Positions 15,601 through 28,900 of a DNA stretch of 64,000 nucleotides are shown piece after piece. The stretch's first letter is position 1; each line of letters opens with the position of its first letter. The translations under genes were made by a program, and so were the position numbers. Below the pieces are notes generated by a model, which was not told the DNA's origin, ran no database searches, and saw only the letters and a list, made by a program, of their open reading frames with translations. Source of the stretch: Blastocystis sp. Blastoise (Eukaryota; Protista; Bigyra: Opalinata). The DNA is taken from positions 1-64,000 of the forward strand of contig JBBPEB010000015.1 in the NCBI GenBank assembly GCA_039096225.1. The letters run 5' to 3'.

Positions 15601-15907
15601 CCTACATGCATTTTATTGATTTTATTATTATGATTTATATATTAATCTTTTTTTATATCAATAAAAAAATATATATTTATAAAAATTATTTTTATTAAAA
15701 CATAATTTTATTCTTGAAATTATTATATACTAATTAATATTATTAAACTTTTAACATTATAATTACAGTTAGAAGACAATTAACAAAACTACTTTTTATA
15801 TTTTATTAAAAATAATATATATATTGAAAAAACTTTTCTCAATAAAGAAAAGAAAACAATATATATAAAGAGAGAAATAAAAAAGAAATAGTAATTTATT
15901 ATTCTTT

Positions 15908-17465
15908 TTATGCTCTTCCCCATACTTCATAATCTTCTACTGTAAAATTATTAGTAGAATTAGCATTATTAGTATTCACAAATAATGATGATTTTTGAGG
16001 AGTATTCACTTCAGAATAAGAACATGCATTACAATAAGAATTAGTATTACTATGACATTGATCAGATATATAGATATCACAAAAATATGGACCATAAGAA
16101 GAATAACAATATATACCACAACTTCTATCACTGTTTGTATAATCATATTTAGTAGGAGGAATACCATGTTCATTACTTAATGTAAATAGAAATTCTTTAG
16201 AATAAGGTTTCCAACCTATGTAAAACATATAGAATAATAACAGAGAATAAATATACTACATGAACCAGCCCAACTTTGATCAGTATATCCTCCAAATATA
16301 TTAATATGATTATTATGACCTATATGTTTGATTAAAGTTACTGTTTCTCCTTTATTATTACAATAATTATGGAATTCACTTGCTTTCCAGTCATGTTCGC
16401 TTGCTCTATATATGATGATATAATATAATAAATTAATAAATACCTAAATAATAATTTCCATTTCTTTTCTTTACCAAGCCAATTCACTAAAGAGACTTCA
16501 GTAGTAGGATCTACTATATATGAATGAAGAAATGAAACATTGATATTCCATCCATTTTTTACACTATTTCTTCCTTTATCACCAAATAAACTATGCATTT
16601 CATTCTCTAATAATTCTTTATTAATATTCTTTGTTTCTTCTTCAGAAATATAAATACAATTATATTGAATATATTCATAAATATGATCAATATATGTATA
16701 ATCCTTCTTCAAATACATTTCATTATTCTTTTCGTCAAAATATACGTATCCATCATCATATTCATTTACTATATTATTCCATAATCCATTCTTCTTCCAA
16801 TAATTTCTTAATATATCATCTTTCTTATCATTTATATAAAGAATAGCATCATCGACTTCTTTATATTGTTTCATTTTATGATCTCTTCTATAATAAGTCT
16901 TCATTAATTCTTCAGGAATAGGTAATTCACAATATTCAAACATTCTTAATAAATCAATTTGATCACCTAATTTAAATTTATCAATATTTACTTTCTTATT
17001 CATTAAAGAATCAATTAATAAAGGAGCTACTGTTTCATCACCACGATAATCCAAATAAACTTCACCATAAATAGTTCTTTTTTCTTCTTGACATTGTTCA
17101 TATAAATATGTTCCTACTAAACTATTTGTTATTCTTTTAGGAAGAGAATAAACTGGACCATTACTTGTGAATCGAATATAATCAATTCCATTATCATTAT
17201 TATTTATATTAGCATCATTTTCATGAACATATGAAGATTCTTGGATAATTATATGTGGATCATCACCATTCTTATCATTCATTCCTTCAAAATTTCTTAC
17301 AGATTGTTTTACCAACTCATTTATAGATTCACCTGAATGAATACAGAAACTTATTGACTTACTTAAAATACCAATTAAATCACCAATCAGTCTTTCAAAA
17401 TGAATTACATCCTTCTGAATATCACCCATCTTATCAGCATCAAATTCTACCTTCTCTTTCACCAT
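15908..17465 (-). CDS. BTB/POZ-like + TLDc domain protein (3 exons)
   Basis: The 375-aa ORF splices at WKLLFR to ASEHDWKASEFHNYCNNKGETVTLIK...IFGGYT..SW, then FLFTL...YGPYF.DIYISD...FTVEDYEVW, which are TLDc motifs. The N-terminal half has BTB-like 'EVYLDY' segments. Confidence 0.88.
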
Positions 17466-17645
17466 TCTTAATAATAAAAGGAATAAAAGAACAATGAAAA
17501 CTTTTTAAAAACTATTTTTCTATCCTATATAGAGAAACTTGTTTCTCTAATTCAAAATTCTAGTTAAAAAACTCAATTGTGAAATATATTCTTTTATAGC
17601 GTAAAACTTTATAATAATCGTAAATATTTATAAAAAACTAGGTTT

Positions 17646-17665
17646 TCTCTAGTTCACGGTTATTT
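17646..17665 (-). promoter_or_regulatory. Candidate promoter motif AAATAACCGTGA..ACTAGAGA
   Basis: TCTCTAGT and TCACGGTTATTT also occur at 42903-42926. Both sites lie upstream of minus-strand genes in the same orientation. Confidence 0.4.
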
Positions 17666-19223
17666 TTGATTTATTGACTTTTATTTAATAATTAATCAAG
17701 ATTTAAATCCATTTTTCAATTTATTTTTTTTTATTTCTTTATTATTCATTTGATTTACATTCATCATGATAATTAATATATTAAATCATTTCAAAACTAT
17801 AGGATCTACAACAATATTGTTAAAATAAATTAAAATAATCAACTTATTGTCATTAAATTATCCAATTAGCTATAATAAGAAGTTTATTCTCTGTAAATTA
17901 TTAATCAGCATATCCTTGATATTATGAATTAATATGTATAACTACTATATATCATTTTTTATTCACATTTTGGTTTCAAATCTTCTTTATTTGGTTTATT
18001 TAAACTTCAATTCATGTTGTTTATAATTCAGATCATTATAATTCACATAAATCAATGATTTAAATCATGATTATTATATTTCAAAATATAATAATCCAAT
18101 TATTTCCTAAATTCGTATTTATTATATATCTATTATATTTATAATATAGTTCTCTATTCATTCAATATTAATTTATTACCTTTATTTTAAATATTTTTCT
18201 AGTTACTTCAAAAAACATTATTTTCTTCTTGTTATATCTTCTAAGAATTCTTCACACAATACTCTACTCTCCTTATAATCATTATGTAAATTATTCAGTT
18301 GTCTCCCTCAAAACATATATTATCAACTATTTTTATATTATTTTCAACAACCCTTTATTCTCAATGATATTTAACAAATATTTATCATCATCATTAATAT
18401 ATTCAATAAGATTAATTCAAAACATATACTATTTCTATTTCTTATTCAATAAATAGTAATTATAAAATAAATAATATTATATCATTTAATATTTAAATAA
18501 ATTTAATACAGATACTCACAATTCATATATACATTTTTATATCTCCTTTTTTTATAAAAAAAGTATTTATATATATATAAATATTTATTCAGTAGTATGA
18601 AAATATATATAATTCTATTCGATTTGATACAACACTATTAATATATTATATCATAGTTTTTGTAATTCTATCTAATTATATAGATGCCATCAACTATTTT
18701 CTATTCTATTTATATAAAAATACATTTAATAATCCTTATATAAACAATAAATTTTTCTCTTTTTTTATAAAGTATAATCCAGCTTTATGTAACAACATAA
18801 TAAACTACATAAAAAATAATTTTTAAAGCTATAATAATTTCAATTCTTTCAGTATATTAGAAAAACTGGTATTAAGAAAGTCATCTATTTTTCTATATTA
18901 TATATAAACTTTTAAAAATTCTTATACGTATCTATACTTCATGATATCATTATAATAAAAAAAAACTTTCGAAACATCTATTATTTTCAACGAATACACA
19001 ATAAACACAATATAGAAATGAATTCATAACAAACAATTATATACATTCTATTAAAAATATTATATATTTTAACCATAATTTATATATAAATAAATCGTTT
19101 ATTCCATTATTTTCAAATTAAATAATAAATTTTATATAATCAATAAAAACTTAAGAAACTAAAAAATGAAAAAAAAATTAAAATAATATATAGCAACACA
19201 AAAATAAATATAAATATCAACTT

Positions 19224-22200
19224 TTAGTATATTATATTGAGATCAAACTTCACATGATTCTCCTCAATAAATGTAGAATCATTTAATTGTTGTTTATATA
19301 CACAAATTTTGTTATCTGAAATATTATTACATATATAAAATATTATCGATATATACAACTATATATACCGATAATAATATTAAGTTCTTTCAATTTAGGA
19401 ATCTTTCCATTATTAATTAAATCAATAAGTTTTGATAATTGTTCTTCATTAAAAACATCTATAAATATCATAATATAAATAATTAATATATATATATACA
19501 TATTTCTAAGTATCTTAAATATTGAGTTTTATTTTCATTTATACAATCAAATAATGCTTCTATTTCATATTCACTTATTTGTTTGTCTATTAAATATATA
19601 ATATATTATTTAAAAAATATTTATACTTTGAGTACCAATTAATGTATCCATGGATGAATTAGAATCATATTTGCATCGAAGAATAGAAGTGTTATGATCA
19701 TATATGTAATCAGAACAATAATCGTCTATAGAAAGCATATTATTAATAAAGATAGCTTAAATTATTTTTATCTATATACCACTTAATTTAATAGTAGTTG
19801 ATGATGGAAAGTTATTATTATGAATATAATTACCAAATTTCAACATAAAATTAGTCCATAATTTTTTAGTCTGAAGTGTATCTATATGTATATACAAAAT
19901 ATAATAATAAAAATAATTAATAAAATATCACAAATTGTTACATAATAATGAAGTATAATAATAGAATATGTATTATTACTATTAAAATATACTAAACTTG
20001 ATAGTATTTAATTGATGGAAATTGTTTTTTGTATATAGTTCACAGAAGTTTTCATCGGGTATATAATTAATTTCTAGAATAATAATAATATAAAAATAGA
20101 ATGATAGATATATAATACATTTGATAATTAATACATAATATATATATACCTAGAGTTAATTGATTTGTTTGACGAAAACAACCTTTGAAAATTAGTTCAT
20201 TTATAACATTTATAGTACAGTCTAAGTATTTTAATTAATTTTAATAATTCATAATATATATAATATATATAAATACTGTTTATTCTAACAATAGAAGCCT
20301 TCGGAATTAGTTTTTCCAATATATTTTCATATATACTAAGATATTCAGACGATAAGTTTTTTCTAATATTTGGTACTATATATATATATGTTTTTTATAA
20401 TATAATATGCTATTAATAAATAAATTCTGAATAGTATTCAATTTAATTTCATTAAAAAGATTAGATATCCACGTTAAATATTCTACACTTAGATCTCCAT
20501 CAACTATAAAAAGTATATAAAATCACTAAGAGTATATTTAAAAAAGAATATACATTTAATAGTTAACTCATTTAAATGTTCTAATAAACTAACGTTTAAG
20601 AATTTTTTTAAAGAATTTCTTACATCAGTTTCACTTATATTATCATCATTTTGCCTAAAATCTATGAAAAAAAAATATTTTAATTATGAATTAAATATAT
20701 ATTTTAAAAAATGTAAAATACTTTGGAATGTAATATCAAAGCAATCAATACTGTGTTTGTAATTTATAACATAATCTAATTTTTTGATATTTACACAATC
20801 AGAAGAATTAACTTTATATAATAAATATATATAATAACTATTTAACCAAAAAAAAATACTACAGAGTTTATGAATGGAAATAAGATCTCTTTCTAATAAT
20901 TCTTTCAAATGTGGAATATAATAAATAAAATTATCTATATATAAAACAAAGAAATGTAATTAATTTTATAAAAAAATTATAGTTGTAAATATATTATATT
21001 AATATACCAATTCCATCAATATGAATTGAATATGTATAAGCTAAATTATCTAAAAGAGAAACTAAATTTCTATTTTGAGTAAAATCTATTTTATTTATTT
21101 GGATACTACCAATCATAGATAATATATTTATAAAGTGTAACGACATAAAATCCATTTTATCTAGTATAAAAATATATATATATTGTTTACATATATTTAT
21201 ATAGACATACCAATATTATAAAGAAAGTTAATACAATACAATTTTGAGAAGCATTCTTTCTTTAGTAAAGCTAAATACGAAGATCCTATAAATAGTATAT
21301 ATTTTTATTAATATTATACATACTATTATCATCATCATATAAGAGTTCACTAACATTTGGAAATACAGTAGTTGTCATTATTTTCTTAAATAGATAACTA
21401 TCAATTTTATTAGTCAAATATTTAACTATATTAAATAATAATATAGAGTAACATATTGATAATAATATATAAATAAATACTCCACTGAACACTTAATGTA
21501 GTTAAAGAATCAAAAACACCTTCTCCAAACAATTTCATAATAATCATAGCCTCATATTTTGAACTAATATCTACAGTTTTATATTAAGTATACAATAATA
21601 TTTATTTACACGAATTAAATTTGATTTCTGAAATAGAGAAATAAGAACAAAGTTGTAATAATTGAGATATACCCCATTTTGAAGATACTTTATCAATACT
21701 AGTTTATATATATATAAGATATAGTTAATGATATAAAAAAAAATTATATATGTATGAATATACTGGAATATTTTATTGTATTTTTTATCTATATATAATA
21801 ATATATTAAATAATTTTATTAAATATATATATATATATACCACCATATTCAATACTGATTGAATCATCATTTGAATACTCATCTTTTTCTTGATTTATTT
21901 CTACACTTGAATAATCATCACTATATATAGCTTCATTAACTACGTATTTATATAATTTTGGTAACTCATAATATTTTTTTCTATTATTGTAAGAATCAAT
22001 CAGATCATAGGAATAATAAATATGATTTCTATCTAAAAAAGAGATATTATTATATTCATTCATTTCTGATTTGGTGAAATAATCAAAATCTTCAGGATGA
22101 TTTATATTATAACGATTAGCAGAAAATAATCTATTATATTCCATTATATATTCATCACTATTTGGATTCAATAATAGTTCACTGTTCTTATAATGTGAAG

Positions 22201-22991
22201 TTACTATATATAGTGAATTGTATAAATAATACTATATATACCAGAAATTTTTAGTTTTTCTAACGATGGGAATATATCTTGAATACACGATGGACATATA
22301 TATTCTAATGGAATATTCGATGCATATGGATCTATATTATTATTTACAGTATATTATATATATACATTTTATTTCAACTTCAGTAACATTCATCATTTGA
22401 ATAAGAAACGAATAATATATAAATTCATCTTTTTTTTTGGTGTAAATAATCCTACATATATATATAATAGTATTTTATATAATAATAAATAATACCATTG
22501 ATATGCATTCTTTTAGCATTTGAATTCAATAGATCAATGATAGTAGATATCTCACTATTTTCACCGCAATATTTATATGTATAAAAATGATTTTCTCTCA
22601 AATAAACAAGGAACAACTGTTTGACATGATATAATAAATCACTTCGTATCTCACCACTAATCACAGAAGGATAACTAAGAAGTGTTTCATATATATCATA
22701 ACTATCTTTAAGATTTAAAGAAGTAATATTCATGTTATCTTCCGTCAAAAATTGAATAGTTTTTTTCATTGGAGAAAAAGGTAGATCCATATAATAGCTA
22801 TCATCTTCATATTTATCAGAGTGTTGAATAATATCATAAAAGGGGAATTGAGGATATTTTTCTATAAATTCTCTAGAAACCCATAATTGCGTCTCATCTT
22901 GAAACGTAAACAAATCTAAAAATAGAATAACATATTTTATTCATATTCAAATACATTTTTCTTCAGTTAATTCGGCTACACTTTCTGGCAT
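19224..22991 (-). CDS. BTB-like N-terminal domain + degenerate leucine-rich-repeat protein, 23 exons; one apparent frameshift in an A9 run
   Basis: Hand-spliced MPESVAELTEEK|YLFTFQDETQLWVSREFIEKYP...IPKLKELNIII|DNKIC...DLNNIY*. All exons are open except a 1-nt deficit at 22430-22438. Repeated F(P)xLxxLxI motifs; one GC-AG intron at 20376-20410. Confidence 0.8.
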
Positions 22992-25936
22992 GACTTCCTA
23001 AACTAAATAAATACAATGATCACAAAATGCAATAAAAAAATGACAGTATTTTAATATATAATATCTATATTTATGAAATTAACCTTTTCAAATAATAAAA
23101 TAATATGTATTTCAATTGTTAAGAATAAAAATAATAAAATAAATATGAAATACAAATTTTCTCTATCCTATATGAGTACTAGGTTTTAATCTAGTATTTC
23201 ATATTTTTTTGTAACATAGAAAAATCATGATTATTCTAAGATATATACTTAATAATTGAAGATTTCCCACAATTTAGAAAAAGATATTTTTCTTTTCTTT
23301 TAAATGTTATTTTTGTTGCTAAAGCCACCTAAGATTTTGTTATTTGAATGCTTTAATTATGTTAATCTTTCTTTTTTTGGTTTAGAATATATTGAAACTA
23401 TTTGAACGCCAATTATTGAATGTGATCATTTTTAAGTTTATCTAGAAATGACTTATATGTTTTATTATGTCAGTATAAGTCTGGAAATTAATTTTAGAAT
23501 ATTCTAAAACCACATATTATTACTTTGTTGCCATTTTAAAGAATTGTCTCTTATTAAATATGAATTTTAAGTATTTACACTCTTCAAGAAACCTAGATAA
23601 GCAAAATAGCTTATTATTATCTTGTTCTAGAATTAAAATAAATTAATTTTCTGAAGAATCTCTCTAGAAATACTGTTCTAACAGCATTGAATACTCAATC
23701 CTTTGTAAACTTATGTTATTGGGTTGCTAATAAAGTTTCTATGTTAATTATAATAATTATAATATAATAATACACTAGAAGAAGAAAACAAATTTGATGA
23801 AATAGAAACAATTTTTCAATCAAGGCTCAGTAGCATTCTCTGGAATAATAATGGTCTCTAATTTATTGCTTTTCTAATTTAGAGTATATATATTGTAATA
23901 ATATTTGATTAATAGAATTCTAAAGGTTGAATGGCAGATACTTGTTGATTAATCTATTCAGAACATAATTTAAAAACTATGATATATTCTATTGCATCCG
24001 TATATTTGATTGATTATTTTCCAAACATTTCAAATGAAGAAATTAATGATGTTGATCGATCATATCATTTTACATCATATCTAAGACATTATATTTGATA
24101 TATGAATCACACAGAGTAATCTAATGATGACATTTTTGAATTGATCTGTCGAGAAAGAATCATTATTTCAGATAATTGTAAACAAAATGGTAAGATATTC
24201 TATTAAGATCATAAATAAAACACCAATAAATGCGTATGGAAATATTTAAAAATATCAAATACTCTTTATTGACAACAAAACAAACAAAAAAAAATTTATT
24301 TTTTTCTCTTGTTGAATAATCATGAAGAATATTTTTTTACACCATAAAAATTAAAACTTCCAAGAATATATCATTTTCTTCTTACATATTGATTCTTTTA
24401 CATCTATTTCAAAGAGTACTCTCTATCCTGCAGAATAAAACAAATCATCATCATTTAAAATCATTATGAAGAAGATTCCAACACTGATTTCTGTATATTA
24501 ATATCTTTTAAAGACAAATCAAATCAAAAGTTATTTGTGAAAGACGTTTCTATAAATAAGATATCGTGAAGAATGTTTAAAAATCATGTTGCTACACTGA
24601 GAATCTATTTCAGATAAATATTCAAGTATTTATTTTTCTAATATCAATTAAAAGTCCTAGTTTCATCTTGAATTCTTTTCACGTCTTGTTTCGCAAATTT
24701 ATTGTATTCAGAATTAATAAAATAATCCCTCTATTAATCAAAGATGAATCAACAATGTCTCAAATTCATATGTAATGACGAGATGAATGATTTCAGTTAA
24801 CTTATCAGTACTTACCTAGGTCCATGAATAAATATATCTATTAGTTTCGTAACAAAACGAGTTTCTAATAATTGAAATCATTCAAACACTTTATACATAT
24901 TACTATATCTTCTTTCTGCACTTGTGTCAAATATATATGAGTCTGAAATACTTAAAATATTATTAGTAGATATATTAAAATATATAGAAGGAGTATAATA
25001 GTTATAATACAGTCATTTCCCTTTTTTTAGCTTTTTGAAATATCATATAAATGTATTTTTTTTGTTTGTTCATTATTATAAAAATATATTAATTATTGTT
25101 TATACATTGCTAATTGAAGAATATAAATAATAATTATTCATTTTCTATAGCTAATTCTAATCAAATATAGAATAATAATGAATAGAAGTCAATGTTAAAT
25201 TTCTTTATCCATATACTCAACAGTACTCTTTCATTGTGTTTACATAAGTATATACTCAAAAAATTATTTTACTAAAATTCATAATTCTTTTAGAGATTGT
25301 CTTTTATTGCATAATACATACCCTGTTTTTATTAGTATATCAACGTCATCCTCTAAGTATTACTTCTAAAAATAATTTAATCGATGAAATCACAAAACAA
25401 TGATACATAAAGAGCAATTTCACAATCAACGAAAAACTTTGCAGTTGTCTTTATTCCTATTCTTTTATTCTAGAGTACTCTTTACATTTAAATAGCAGCA
25501 ACTACCAAAGAAACAATAAGCCAAAAAAGAAATTGAAATTGTTTTAAAATTCAAAAAGAAAAAATTAAAAATATTATAACGCTATTACTAAAAACTATTA
25601 TTTAGAGCCAGTTTATTCTTCATTTGTTTCTCCTTATACAAGTGCTAAAAAATGATCATTCATTAAATTATTCTTAGTAGATTGAAAGTATTTTTCATTT
25701 AAAAAATTATTCTTATTTTTTTTTCTTTTTTCAGAAAAGAAAAATACTGTATCAAACATATAAACATTATTCTTCTCTTGATTTACTTCATACAAAGATA
25801 TATAAGTCAAAAAAATAGAAAATATTTCAATCAACACAAAACTACTAAAAACAATTTTAGTGTTCCATAAGATTAGCTTTATCTAGAATGTTTTTCAGAT
25901 TTATTTTTTATATGAATGCTATTTAGAACCTATTAA

Positions 25937-28900
25937 ATGAGATTTTTATTATTTATTCTTTGTTTCATGCTTGGTATATCCTATAAATAGTTGTTTCTTA
26001 ATAAATTTATAGGCGATGCACTTAATTGTGTATCACCTCAAGTTCTTGTCACATTTAATAGAAAGTATGCTTCTTGGCCTTATGAGGAATACTTTTATAT
26101 ATACGAAGGTTTTGATTCTGATGGTCTTTTGATAGATACGGTATTTGGTGAAAATGATTCACTTGGGAAGCATGAATATTGTTTGAATCCTGTTATCCAC
26201 ACAATTATTGCTAAAGATACGTAAATATATATTAATCTATATATTAATGGAATTATATAATTATACTTTAGTTACGGAGACAACTGGGCAACTGGATCTT
26301 CACTAACAGTAATTATTGATAGTATAACTCTTTTATATAATACTGTTGAGAAAGGTAACTTTGCAAAATGGATTATCTACAGTATATATATATATTTATT
26401 ATTATTATTATACATTATTATACATTATTATACATTATTATACATTATAATAAATAATTATATAAACATTTTTTTATATATCTATATTATCTTCTATAAA
26501 TAATAATAAAATCATATTTTATATCAAAAATTAAAACATATTTCTTTATTATAATCTCTATAGCTTCTTACTTAATTTCTAAATCTTCTAAATGGAAATA
26601 TTCTACAATTTCTCAAAATAATATATCATGGATATTTAATTCTGATATTTCTAATTCTTGGTCAAGTTATTCTCAAGGTTCTTTTCCTTCTATTATTAAT
26701 GATTCTACTAGATATTATTTAACTACTATTACTATTCCTGATTTATCTAATTTTGCTGCTTTTGAACTTGGTGTATATTCAAAAGAAGGTATTATTGTTT
26801 ATATAAATGGACAAGAACTATTAAGACGAAATCTTCCAAATGGAATTATTACTTCTAGTACTTTAGCTACTAAAGAAGATACTCAATATATGTATAGAAG
26901 AATTATTCAATCGATTCAAACATATTTTGGATCAAGTTCTCAAGTAACGATTGCTATAGAAATTCATCCAAAAGATATAATTACTGCTCATAATGATCTA
27001 TTTGATGTTTTTCTTCTTCCACTTTATGGAAGTTGTTCTCCACGAACTCATGAAGCTATAGTTTCTAGTATTCCAATAAGAACAGATAATACAGATAATG
27101 ATAAAGCATTTGATAATCGAATAGGATCAGCAACATCAATAACAACTTTACCTTTTTCTCTTCTTTATCAATTTAATGATGATCGACGTGAATGGATTAA
27201 TAAATATGAAATCACATCTTATACTAATAATCAAAAAAATGATCCCAAGGAATTTACATTATCTGGTTCTAATGATAATGGGAATACTTGGACACTACTT
27301 GATATAAAAGCTCATGTTATTTTTTCGTCTAGATCAGAAACAAAACCCTTTCTTCTACCATCAAATTCTATAGCTTATAATATGTATAAAATTGAAGTAA
27401 CTTCTGTTTTTGGAGATGAAAATACATTAAATCTAGCTGAAATAGAATTCTATGCTTGTCATCATGATATCATAACAGATTTCATCTATAAGAAATCATC
27501 TTATACATTCTACAAAAATATAGATGATGTTTATATCGCTCCTTATTCTTCTGGATTTAAAGATTTTACTCTTCTCTCACCTGCTACTCTTCCTTCTGGA
27601 CTCCTCTTTATTCCTTCTTCAGGTGAAATCTATGGAATTCCGAGAACAAATTATCGTGGTTGGTTTATAATATCTGCTATGAATGCTGTAACACAACAAG
27701 TAATGAATACTACATTCCTTATTAATATTATTGAATGTGATGGAGTCAATAATATACATCTAAGACTTATAAAATATAATAATAATCAAACACCTTATTC
27801 TGAAATTATTACTTTATATGATTCAAATAATAATATTCAATTTAATACTGTTGGAGTAACCACTACAGAACAAACTTATGACATTTGCTTACCCGTTGAT
27901 ATATATACTTTAGAATTGAAAAATACTTTATCAGATATATGGGATCTTTCTTCACTTCTAACTATTATTCTTTATAATAAATATGATACATATACTATAT
28001 TCAAAGGTTCACTTAGAGATAACTCTATTTCAAAAACATTAATCAATCTCCATTACTCTATTCCTCCTCATAATCCTAATGTTCTCTGTTATACACATTC
28101 TATGCTTCTTCCTACAAATTGGTATACTATTGATTATATTCCTGATGAAAACTGGAATCCTTGTCTTGAACCTGAAACTAGATTAACAACTACTTCTCGT
28201 GTTCAATTCTTTAGACATACTTTTAATGTCACTTCTATTATAAATATGCATATTGTTGAAATACGTTTGAAATCTGTAAAGTCAACTGTTATTTATCTAA
28301 ATAATAAAAAAGTATATAAATATGGTCTTCCTAATGAAAATATTACTATAAATACAATTCCTACAATTACTTCTACAAATACTATCTTGCATCTTATCAC
28401 TATTGATATTAATACTATTAACATAGGAATCAATACTATAAGTATAGCTCAAGTATATTCCAATACTATTACTACACCTATTGAAATATCTTTTGATTTT
28501 TCATTAAGACTTGATGGTTCTTCAGATTTTCACAGTCAAACACTAGAAACAACTTGTGAAGGTCTTTCTGAAGCAAGCGATAGTTCTTCATATCTCATCG
28601 ATTATAGTTATACTTCAAGATGGTTTTATAATTCTTTTACTTCTTCTAATCGTCCTTTATCTCTCACTCTTACTTATAATAATGATGCTCAATTTTCTTA
28701 TATTAATCAATACTGTTTTATTAGTAATTATAATAATATTTTTGCAGATCCAAAAGAGTGGACTGTTTATGGATGTATAAAGAATACATGTACTCTTCTT
28801 GGTTCTGAATCTAATATTAAATGGTCTGCTAGAACTCAAAGGCAATGTTTCTTTATGAATTCACATACAGAATCATATCAGAGTTATCAATTTAGAATTA

